The notes below the pieces were generated by a model that was not told the DNA's origin, ran no database searches, and was given only the letters and a program-made list of their open reading frames with translations. The position numbers were made by a program, and so were the translations under genes. From IMG/VR virus record IMGVR_UViG_3300048881_000698, positions 96,001 through 160,000 of that record: DNA of 64,000 bases. One strand, written 5' to 3'. Below are positions 19,233 to 31,200 of the stretch, piece after piece. Position 1 is the stretch's first letter. Each line of letters begins with the position of its first letter. This stretch comes from a virus. Taxonomy: Duplodnaviria; Caudoviricetes.

Positions 19233-22200
19233 TGGGGATATCCTCCGCCGTTACTACCAGGGACACCAGGGCCGAATGGCGAGGCGCCGAATTCCGGGAG
19301 ATTGATGAGGGGGGTTTGCCCGGGGAGGGAATCTGATGTTGGTAAGGTAGGCTGTTGTGGCATATTAAAAAGTTCTCCGTCTCCCGTAAGTGCTATGGGT
19401 TTACTCTTCAAAGATAATGATTTTGCAGGATCAAATTCAAATTCAGCTTTAATATCAGCCAATTCAACTAACGAAAAGAAATCATAAGGCCAATTATAAT
19501 TATAATCTGGTTTCTTTTTTGAACCGCCAAGTTTAAACTCAAACGCAAAACGACTATCATCCTCTGAATCGGCGGTTACATTATAATAACTCATCTCAGC
19601 TCTTTTCTTGATTTTAAATACCATCCATTGGATATCTTTTGGTATTTTAAATCCTCCAAAAAACTCGTTTGAATCTAGATTGTGACCAACTACCACTTCT
19701 TGTTCTATTGCACTTCTTGCTATTTTGGGCATTAAATTTTGCCAAATATGGGACAGATCTTCTTTATCAAGTTCATGAGTAAATTCAAACACATAAATTA
19801 CAAACGGATTTATCGTTGAATTTTGTCTCATAAAATCCATATGCGGCGGTAAATAATAATTTTTAAGCTTAGCAACCATTTCTTTAATAGATTTACCAGG
19901 AAGCAACATATCTTTGCCAAGTTCTTGTTTTTTTGTTCCCATAGCTATGTCAAAAAGTACTTTATCAATAGTAAAAAAGTGTCTTTTGCTATTTTTTATG
20001 ACAAAAGGTACCGCAACAATGGCTTCAGAAATTAGCTTTTTATCAGCTAATTCGCCAATTCTTTCCTTCTCTGGTTTAAATCCACAAACTTTAAGCAATG
20101 AACGCGTGGCTGTCCCGGGGACGATGCCGCCGGCGTTAACAGAATCTGTTATTGCGGCCTCATCAAGCTTATCTGGAAAGCTCTCCCTCAGTGAAAGCCA
20201 AAGACCAGAATTAACAGAAGGAATTTCACCATAACCTCCCCACATCGCCCTTGTCCCGATTGAAGCTGTGATTCCATTCACCCATTGATCAGTAGTTAAC
20301 AAGCCCTGATCTGCTCTTTGCTCGACTAAGCTTTTAGCACTACTGCCTGAAAAATTCAAAGTCGGACATTCAAACTTAGGGCTAATCGTCCATACATCAA
20401 ATGCTGGATCTCCGGTGTCAGTTGCTTTAGTGGGTTTAAAACTCTCACCCCCACCATTTGAATCGGTTTCATATTCTATAGTTTTCAATCTAGTTTTACC
20501 AAACAAATTCATAGATGAAGAAAGTCTCATGCGATAGCGGCCGGCGGGGTAAAGATCTCTTTGTGCCGCATCCAAAAGTTTAGAAATGTACCGGCCGGAG
20601 CCGCACAAGCGACCATTATTGGCATTGGAGTTTCCTCCAAAAAGTTTACCAGAGCTAAGCTGATCTGTATCAACTATATTGCTGCCAACAGTCTGTATGA
20701 ATTCGATTTCATTTCCATGTTCGTTGGTATACCAGGCAGATATACTGATTTTAGGAGACGTGCCAGTAAGAGCAGTTATGCCAAGAATACCCCAATCCTC
20801 ACCAGACGTAACTCCGGCGCCATATTTCGCTACGGACGAATCATCGGTACCATTTATTGCTAAAATTAAACGGTCTCGTGGTTCAGTACCACTGCCTGCG
20901 CCATGGTACCAAATCTCGTTGGTGTCAGGAGTCCCAGAAGTGGTATTTTTCATAATAACTGTGACGGTGGTGCCCGTTCCGCCGGCTTTCATCGGAACGT
21001 TGACTGTAAATGCGTCCGCGTAGGCGGCGCTGCTTACGTCGAGGACATCGATTGCTGAAGGATATAAGCCTACTACAGGAATACCTGGTTTATTTTCGAG
21101 ATCATCTGTTGAGTGGCCGCTTCCGGTGAAAGTGGTCTCCACCATGGCACTAGCTACAATTTCATCAAGAGAGAAAGTTCTTACTTCACCTGGTGACATA
21201 ATGCTAGCAGAATGTGGAGAAAATGTAATTCTAGCAATTGCGTCTTGGTAAAAATGTGGGGGAGTGAATGGCGCAAAAGCAGGATCGCTGAAGTTTGCAG
21301 AGGCATCATATTTCGCGGAGGTTCCATCATTATTTCCATCAGGGAAAAAACGTGCGCGAGAATTAGACGTCGAATCAGGTGTCACTTGACATGGAGGGCC
21401 ATAAAGACAGCCTCTAATGTCCCATAGTATGGGCTTATTATCTGCTTGTAGCATCTGAATTCTTCTTGGCCCCTCTGACATGACAAAGTCATGAGTTTGT
21501 TTGAGGACAACATCCATATAATATATTGAACCGGATTCCATAGCCTTGAATTTACTTTGTGGGGCTGAAGCAAACGTTTTAAAGCTTTCATCCTTTAGGA
21601 AAAATCTCGGAATTTCCCCCAAAAAGTTTTGCATAGCTAGTGCATATTTATGATCATTTATACCGTGATAATCCCACCATGGGCCTCTTGGGATCGAACC
21701 AGACCTGTTCCACGCATAGAACATTGTTTTTGCCCCATCAGATTGAGACAAAGGAAGATGCCTATGGGGTTCAACTAATGCCTCGAAGGGCATTCTCCAA
21801 TTAAATAATTTTCCGTCTGCAGCAGTACCGGACAAATAGCTAGCATTGTACCCTGGGTATCCGGCAGCGGCAGGTTGGGTGCCAAGGTGAGAAGATGTTA
21901 CCATGGGCCAGTCAACAGCTACGCCACTTTTAACTGTGTTATACAAGATACCAGGAGCAAAAAATGGCTGCATCATTGCTGCTATTTGTCCACCATGGGA
22001 CGTCCCTGTTGTTCCGTGCGGAGTGTCTGCGGTTGAAAGAAGTGCGGCGTGAGAACCACTGATATAAGGAGCGAAAGAGCTAGAAAACATACTTCCAAGT
22101 TGTACGCTTCTAAGAACAGGATAAAATCCTTGATATGGGAGAAGCTTCTTAATCCCATGACATTTCAAAGTTATTTTTGTGAGTCCAGTGAGATTTTCAT

Positions 22201-25200
22201 GATCATCAGAGATCTTTCCGTAATATTTCATAAAATCAGAATGAGAATACACTTTGAAAAAATCATCTTTATAATCACTTTTTTCAGAATCAGCACTAGC
22301 AGATAATTCTGGATATGCACCCTCTAAAGTTAAAAACTTATTGTTAACAACAAACCCATTATCAATATAATAGCTCATGTTTTCAGAGATTCTAAATTCT
22401 GGTATGATTGTGTGATCTTTTGCCATGCATCTAATTTCTTGAGCATAATCTTCATATGAATTATACCATGGTTTAATTCCTGAAAGTTCATCTGTTCTAT
22501 AAAAATCATGAAGTGCTGCGTCCCATGGTCTGTACCAAACAAGCCTAGTGCTTAAGGTATAATATTGACTACTAAGACCTCCCGGATAACAGTATTGTTG
22601 CGAAGCTGTGGCCGCGGCGACCATCGGTGTGGCGGTGGTACCTAATCGAAAACCCTCAATAGAAGCATAAATCGATGGCGCATGTAATGCCATGAGTTCT
22701 CCTGCAAGATATGTGGCTTCATTAAACTTTTCTTTACCATTAAGACGAGGACTGGAGCCTCCATCCAAGGGCCAAATACTAAGAGATGGTAACATATAAG
22801 CAAAAGTAGAATCATGATCAGGAGTGCCCTCGCCTGCATGAGGCCAAGTGCCGCCCGGGGCTGGAGAGGAGCGCATATCCTGAATAAAGCCTAGTGAATT
22901 TGTTACTGATTGTTGTGATCCGCCGCGGCGAGCCGTTGGGGCATCTTTCCAGAAAGTTCTTTGAAACCCAATTTTTTTATTTGTCCAAATTCCCTTTTCG
23001 CGTTGCGAAGAAGAAACTTCCGTATAATCTCCGCGTTGGCGTGTTTTAGCTAAATACGTAAATTTTTCTTTTGGGTATATTTTTTCTCTATAAGTTAATT
23101 TAATTAATCCTGTTTCTTTATTTTTAATTGATTTGGTTAATTTATCATATACTACTTTGTTCTTGCCAGGTTTAACTATCTGTAGGTTTTCATTTAATTT
23201 TTCATAAGGTGTATAACTTAAAAGATTTCCATAAGAATGCTTAAGTACCATAGTGTTAACTTGGCCATTTTCATCAACACCAGCAACTGTGTGAACCATG
23301 GGCAAATATCTATTTGTTATTGGGGGGGAAATATAAGATTTTATAGCCGTTTTAAACATTGCTTTATTAAGCCTGTTCTTATCTTTTTCGGGATTAGACC
23401 AAAAAGAATTCACATAATAAGACTTATTTCTATTATCAGCATCCTTGTCTGCTTGGGTATATTTTATTTCTTCATATTCAATATATTGTATAATATTCTT
23501 ACTTCTGTTGTATCTCGCAACTGGATGGTCTCCTGCTCTAACCTGTTTCCAAGATGGGTACCCATATGGGCCTTGACGATGTAAAATGAGTGCGTTTAAA
23601 ATGGTTCCTTCGCCACCTGAGTCTGCGGTGGTGTTCGAATAAACCGGATAAATAGCCCAGCCATGGCTCGGGCTGTCGACAGTGGATTTTGCAACTGAAT
23701 TTAGATAATTAACATCACTAAAATTAGGATCATACCAGGAAACTTCCATGGAAGGGAATCCCAAAGTATTGATGCTGGCCGTATCATAATTGCGACCATC
23801 GGCTCCAAAAGAAGATGTGATGGGTTCATATATATTTAAATTCATTCCAGCAAAATCTACTGGTATCCTTTGAACAAAAGTCGATCCACCAACAGATCCT
23901 TCTCTTTCACCAGTTTGGTACCATGGTTGAGACCAATAACGTAAGTCGGAGTCGGCGCTGACAAAACTGCAAACCTCACTTCTACTAATAAACGTGAGAG
24001 CTTCGACATATGGAGTAGCTACGCTTCCTAAGTTAAGAGAAGCTTTAACTTTTCCATCGTAACCTAGTCTAGTTGATTGAACTCCTAACGGATCTCGCCT
24101 CAAAAAAGCAGAAGCTGTAATCCACGCATACTGTAAATCATTTCTTGGGATTGAATGCCGAACGTAAGCGTTATCATAAGTAGAGGCGGTGACAACAGTA
24201 TATGAAGCGCCATCATTTGTCGACGTTAACTCTAATCTTTTAAGCCGATTCCGATGAACTTTATGATATGCAGCTTTGGTCTGATAGTCATGCTCTCGCG
24301 CGCCTTTGCCGCCTCCGGTAAAGCTTACTACGGTCATGCCAGGTCCTGCTTCGGAGCCGCCCAGAGTAATATCCGTATTGCCAGCTGTTCCACCGGTGTT
24401 CTGCGTTATGGTTACAGTGGCGGAACTGTCGTTGGTTGCAGTGAGATCATCGTGGAGATTGAGAACGGTGGCTATGTGTCCGGCTTGAGTGATGTTATTA
24501 GCTGATCCGCCACTCGCAGTGTCGCCGGCAGAGAAAGTCCCGAGCAATGATTCACCGGTGGTATCAGACATGTCGTTGGTGTCTGCGTGAGCGGTGATTG
24601 TCACTGTATCTCCAGCAGTTGTGACAATTGATATGGTATCCTCGGCGTCGGGGTCAGCGAGTATTTGACCAGCGTCTGTAATCGTTATTGTTGCAGTGGC
24701 GGATGGAGAGTGAAGAGGAGAAATACCAAATTTTCCTGAATGTCTTGCAAGAAGAACATTCAAGCCAGCAAAGTCTTCCCCAACATGATTTGAAGTAGTT
24801 ACATGCTGTACAACGTGTACAGGAATATTCATTCTGTAATCATTTATTTTAAGCTTTTCTTTGCCGCCAGTAAGCTTATTGTCAGTAAGTTGATCTGTAT
24901 CAACTATATTGCTGCCAACAGTCTGTATGACTTCAATGTCGTTTCCATCGGCGGTGGCGGTAGAAGCAATAAGGGTAATCGGGTTCGTAGCCGTGCCTAC
25001 GGCGGCTGTTAAACCTTTGATACCGACGCCAACGACATTAGCGTCTGTAAGCGTGTCAGCTCCATTTCCATATTTCGCTACGGACGAATCGTCAGTACCA
25101 TTTATTGCTAAAATTAAACGGTCTCGTGGTTCAGTACTACTGCCTGCGCCATGGTACCAAATCTCGTTAGCGTCAGGAGTCCCAGAAGTGGTATTTTTCA

Positions 25201-28200
25201 TAATAACCGTGACGGTAGTGCCCGTTCCGCTGGCATCAGAAGGAACATTGACTGTAAATGCGTCCGCGTAGCCGGCGCTGCTTACGTCGAGGACATCTAT
25301 TGCTGTGGCTTTTTCGCCATCTGCCCTAGAAGTCACAGGTGTGTTTCCAAATGGAGTTGTTGCTCCGCGCCACTCACGGACACTAGATGCTACAGTCCCG
25401 CTACTGTTAAGCTGAAAATGGTAGCGCCATGGCAAAGCATTGTAAGCGCTATATTCTTCTGCTGCAGGGTCTAGATATCCCCTAGTCATTGTGGTAAAAT
25501 CTCCAGGTGAAGAAAACCGGTTAACAATCAAAAATTCATCTTTTGGCCGTACTGGAAGAGAAAAATCAATATTGATTCCATCAGTTTGTGTTCCTTCCAA
25601 CCGCAAAGATGGGTTCTCAGAAGCTGACTGTGCTGTAGTGTAATTTTCTCGAAGCCATTTATTATTATAAGTTCTGCCTGACGTTTGAAGGAAATCATAG
25701 TTGTGCTGATAGTTTCCTATTTGATTACCAGTAGTTGTTGCCCCTTCTATAGAACCGGTTGAAAGCCTAACATATTTGGTACTTACTGGCCTTTTTGTGT
25801 CCTCGCTTATAAACACTCTAGGCAAGGCCATATCTATAGTTCCGTTTAAATTTGAATCTGGTGGATATATTTTCACATCTTTGTGGACCACGCCGCCTGC
25901 AAAATTTACTACGGTCATGCCAGGTCCTGCTTCGGAGCCGCCCAGAGTAATATCCGTATTACCGGCTGGGCCGGCAGTTTTCTGCGTTATGGTTACAGTG
26001 GCGGAGCTGTCGTTGGTCGCAGTGAGGTCATCGTGGAGATTGAGAACGGTGGCTATGTGTCCGGCTTGAGTGATGTTATTAGCTGATCCGCCACTCGCAG
26101 TATCGCCAGCAGAGAAAGTTCCGAGCAATGATTCACCAGTGGTATCAGACATGGCGTTGGTGTCTGCGTGAGCGGTGATTGTCACTGTATCTCCAGCAGT
26201 TGTGACAACCGATATGGTATCCTCGGCGCCGGGGTCAGCGAGTACTTGACCAGCGTCTGTAATCGTTATTGTTGCAGTGGCGGATACAAACGGCCTTAAG
26301 TCACTGGCTTGTGTGTCAGCCTCAAACCTAAACTTTTCAGGTCTATCTCTAATGGTATCGAATTCGCCTGTAGATTTTGGTTGTATGTTCAAATCAACTT
26401 TTCTATGGATGGAACCGCCTGACCACTTTTGCGTTGTGTGGCCCTGTAAAGATGTGTTAAGGACTGTAGGTCCAAAATCTTTATGTAAATTACCAAAGTT
26501 GATGTCTGAGTCTCCTGTACCATGCTGATATATACTAACGATAGTGGGGAGGGTACCCTTCGCGCTTCCATAATCAGATGATTTATCGGCGTTGTTTTCT
26601 ATTTCAAACAAAAGTCTAGTCTTGTGTCCCGATCTGAGAATATTGTAGGATGGATCAAACTGGGGGCGGGCACGATCATATGGCCTGTCCTCTTCGGCAA
26701 GATGAGAAGTGCCGGCTTTAATAGTTATGTATTTTTGTATACTAGGGGGATTTATTGTACCATCTGGTCTAAGGCTTTGGGGAAATTCTCTTATCGTATG
26801 TTCTGCCGAATTATCCCCTGATCTTAATGAGGTCGCAACTCTTGCTCTAAATCTATATTGACTTTGTCCTCTTGGAGTGGGAAACTGAGAGTTTAAACGT
26901 CTTATTCCTGTATTTGTGTGAACCGGTTTTGTTGAATTAAATATTCTTCGTCTAGACTCATCAACTGCAGCGTCTCCAGAAGACTGTTCTTCTATCTCGT
27001 CTGCACCCAACGTTCTCCACCACGCGCGACTATTCGCTTGTGTTTTGGAGCTTCCCTGCATTGCTGGCGCAAATTTATTCTTTTCATCTTCTTCACGGGG
27101 CGCTGAATTTCCTCGTTCACCTTTCGCGGCAGCTTCGGCCCAAGCCGAATTGCCCTCAATGCGGCCTTCAGGTTGGGCAGACGCCAAAAGACCCATATTC
27201 CTATCTTCAATCGTGGGATATTTATTAGCATATTTATTTCTTTCTAAAATATGACTCTCGACGACTGTCCTTAACTTATTTGAAAAAGCTGCTGATGCAG
27301 GAAAAAGCTGTTCAAGTATATCATTAACAGCCTCGTCAATCCATTTATAATATTCAATATATTTGTCTAAATCTGGAGTATTCCTAACTTTTTGGAAAAA
27401 CATATGTCTTATTTTCGCCATCCTCTTGTAAGAAAGACGATATCGATTTTGCGGCTCTCCGATCAAGTTATTGAAATCTTTAATTGTTGCAAAGAAATTC
27501 AACATTTCTTCAGAAACGGTGCGATACATACTTTTTTCTGCAGCAAAGTAAAAACTTTCTGGCCTTGTATCACTTTCAAAATGAATATCATCGCTACTAA
27601 GCACTTTAATCATGTCAGAGCTGTTAAGGTGCTCGGGTAAAAGTTGTCTTGCAGTACTTATGTATTCTATGTCCGCAACATCTGTGTTTGATATTGGAAA
27701 GTCATAGCCCAAGCCAGTGTGGCGATACCCAGTAATAGCTCCAATCGGACCAAAATCGTTTTGTTTTCTTACAGCACTTCCATCGGAAGTAGTAAAATGT
27801 ATAGACCCGGAAGAGAAGTCGGAGACCTTAAATTCACCACTTGAATCTGAGCCCGTCACTTGATTAAAGTCCCAATGAAGAGCAAGAGTGTCCATTTGTG
27901 GTATGAATCCAAGTGAACTTGTAAGAACTAAACCGCCTGCTGAATCGGCCGGGAAATCCTCAGCTACATACGCAGCTTCAAAAAGATGAGCACTTTCATA
28001 TGGGTGCTCTGTTCCAAAATTTAACACGTCTCTCGCATGTGCATCGATAACATTGTTTGGAAGATAATCCATCCACACTCTTGCTGAGCCTACTTTGATG
28101 TCAGAAGTTTGCAACACTGTTCCGGAAAAGTCAGTCCTATGAGCCCCAACAAAAATTCTTTTTGATTTGTTAAGAAAGGCATCGCCAGCAACTTTTGTCA

Positions 28201-31200
28201 AAGAAGCTGTTAACAAAAAACTATTTTGTTTTATATCGGCTGCCGTATTGACGCCATAAAACTCAACATTGTAAGACGGCTGAACCGCGGGAGCTGTTGG
28301 AGAAGTTTCTAAGTAACTTCCGCTGATTCCTGGCGACCATGGATAATTTTCAGGCCTAATCTTTATCGCAAAATCCCATTTTTCGTTGTCATAGACATTA
28401 TAAAACAAAGAACTAGATAATTCTGGCATAAAGCCGCCGGCAGAACCGGTTAAAATAAACTTAACGTTGGTAGAGTCTTCTTTATCTCTAGCTGCGAAAA
28501 TCTGAAAATTTGCTAGATTGTCTTTTGACCACCCAAGATTTTGCGCGGGATAAGTACCGCCAAAGCTTGTCGCTGTAATTCCTCCGTTGATTGTTAATGC
28601 GTCGGCATCGCCGGCCTCAACGGCGGGGATTGTTGTATTTGCCGCGGGAGAGCCAGCAGCGACGCTCATTTGTGAGACTGTTATCGTATCGTTTGTGTTG
28701 GTGACAGTGCTGATTGTTGTAGTTAGTTTACCTGCGTGCCCATTAGCAGACTCAATAGCCTCTTTGAATTGTGCTGTATATGCGCTAATTGTACTGTAAC
28801 CTGCCAATTGAATGTGAGTATAGCCATAACCAGTGCCACCTGTGCTTTGTGGCCCAGCTCTATAAATTGCATACTCGACAGACGTGCCATCAGCTGATAC
28901 AAGCGTAAATCGCATTGAACCATCGTTCCCATAATCAGTTATTGTGTCCGACAGCAGTTTCATTGATGCAGTTGAATCTTGTATCGCTCTTTTTGCCGAA
29001 TGCACGCCTCCAATTGAAGATGATAAGCCTGGATAAGGATAGGCAAATTTAGAAAATGTACTTTTTGTTTTTGGGAACAAAGTCCCATATTCAAAAGTTA
29101 TTCCTACTCCTCGCTCTTTAAATGGTGTGACCACATCAACTGCGGTATCATCAGTGCCGCCAGACTCTTCATATGAACCAGCTGACCCAGATATATAAGA
29201 TATTGAATTTGTTATATCTTCATCCTGAAACTGAAATACGCATGCACTATTTCTAGACGGATGATTAAAATCTATGTATTTCTTCTTTGTATCTGTATAT
29301 CTTACCTTTTCTTCAAATTTATAACTAACGTTGTTGCCATAAATATTCAAGTTGATTAGTTCGTCATCTACACCAAAACACCTAACAAGATTTCGAAAAG
29401 ATTTTTCAGTACCCTTTGTTTTGGCAATATATGATAAATTATTATAAATGTTTTGATAAATTAGATTCTTGACTTTGTGTAAAGAATTTTCAAATAGGAC
29501 TTTTTCACCTCGATCCAAAAATTCCTCAAACACACTTGAGTTGACAAATAGATCAGGAGTTACAATACCAACATTTTCTAACAATCGGTTGCTAAAGGGT
29601 ATCGGTTCATGGCTGCCACTAGTATAAATTGGTTCTTTAATGTTTGGCAACTCTTTTATCTGTACTGCTAATGTGTCAAAATAGCTTGCCATAATTTGAG
29701 TTAATTTAACAAGCTCTGAGCCATTTTTATCATCTTCAGAAGTTATCCATTCCGGGAGACTTCTATAAATCGCACCATTATTTGTATAATCATGTTCTCG
29801 TCCGACGCCAGTTTTTTCTTCTAAGAGTGCTTTAACTTTGGGATGAGATGGATATATAATTGGATCTTTAAATTCCGTTACAGAAGCACTTGATTCTACG
29901 ATAGCAGAGCCAGTATTTCTGGAATTTGAAGTATACCCTTTCCAATAACCATTCGAGAGCCTTCCGGAATAATCTAAAACTCTTTCATCGGCAGAGGTTT
30001 TTCCAGTAATGCCTTCATTAAATTTAAAATAAACTCCTAAATCAGTATTTGCATCATCAACATTTGCGCCGCCGCCGACTTGACTACGATAAAATCTACC
30101 AATTTCTTCTGCATTTCTTCTCGCTTTCCAATATCTGAACTCGTCAATTGAACCTGAAAGTTTTCCATAACCAGCAGGTTCGGCGCCGGTGATCGTTCTG
30201 AACGCACCGAGCATACCCAGCATAGATCCAGAATTTGAACATTGCGCAGGAATAACCTCATTTATGATCCCAGTGCCGCCAGTAAATCTTGTCTCCCCAA
30301 CGTCCTCATTTATTGTTAACGCATCTTCATCGGCTCCTGTAATGGCAGGGATTGCTGTGTTTCCGTCCCGGCCTTTTGTAACTTGTGTAATCGTAATCGT
30401 ATCGTTTGTGTTGGTGACAGTACTGATTGTTGCAGTTAGTTTGCCTGCGTGCCCATTAGCAGACTCAATAGCCTCTTTGAATTGTGCTGTATATGCGCTA
30501 ATTGTACTGTAACCTGCCAATTGAATGTGAGTATAGCCATAACCAGTGCCGCCGGTGCTTTGTGGTCCAGCTCTATAAATTGCATACTCGACAGACGTAC
30601 CATCAGCTGATACAAGTGTGAACCGCATAGAGCCGTCGGTTCCGTAAGCGACGCTTTCATCGTTCTTAAGCGTCATTGTTGCTGTAGCTGCATCGTTAAT
30701 TGATTGTTTCTCTCTGAATGACCCATCAAAATATAGCTCTGTTTCCATCGCGGTTCCACTGTTCTTCAATGTTAAAGCATAATGATGCCACTTATTATCA
30801 ATCATCTCTGAATTTGTAAGAGATGTGTAGAGGGCGGAGCCTGTCACAGAACCTGATTGGTAAAATAAGAAAAGCGGGGTTGCTGTGTCAGAGGTATCTG
30901 CCGTCAAAAGGTCCACGACTAATCTACCGTAATGTTTATCGGCGGATGGGCTGCCGTTCCACAGGTCGAATATGCACTCTTCTGCGGTTTCATTTTCGTC
31001 ATCTGCTAAAGCTTCTTTTTTCATCCAAAATTCAACTGTTAAGCCATGACTAGCACTATATTGTAAATTAGATTGTCTATGTTTAGTCTTATCATAAACA
31101 TTTGCTCCATAAGAGCCGGAATATCTGTGCTTGATATCAGGAAATATTTTTTTAATATCTTTGTTATTAGGATCCTTATGTGGGCCGCCTTCGAAAGAAA

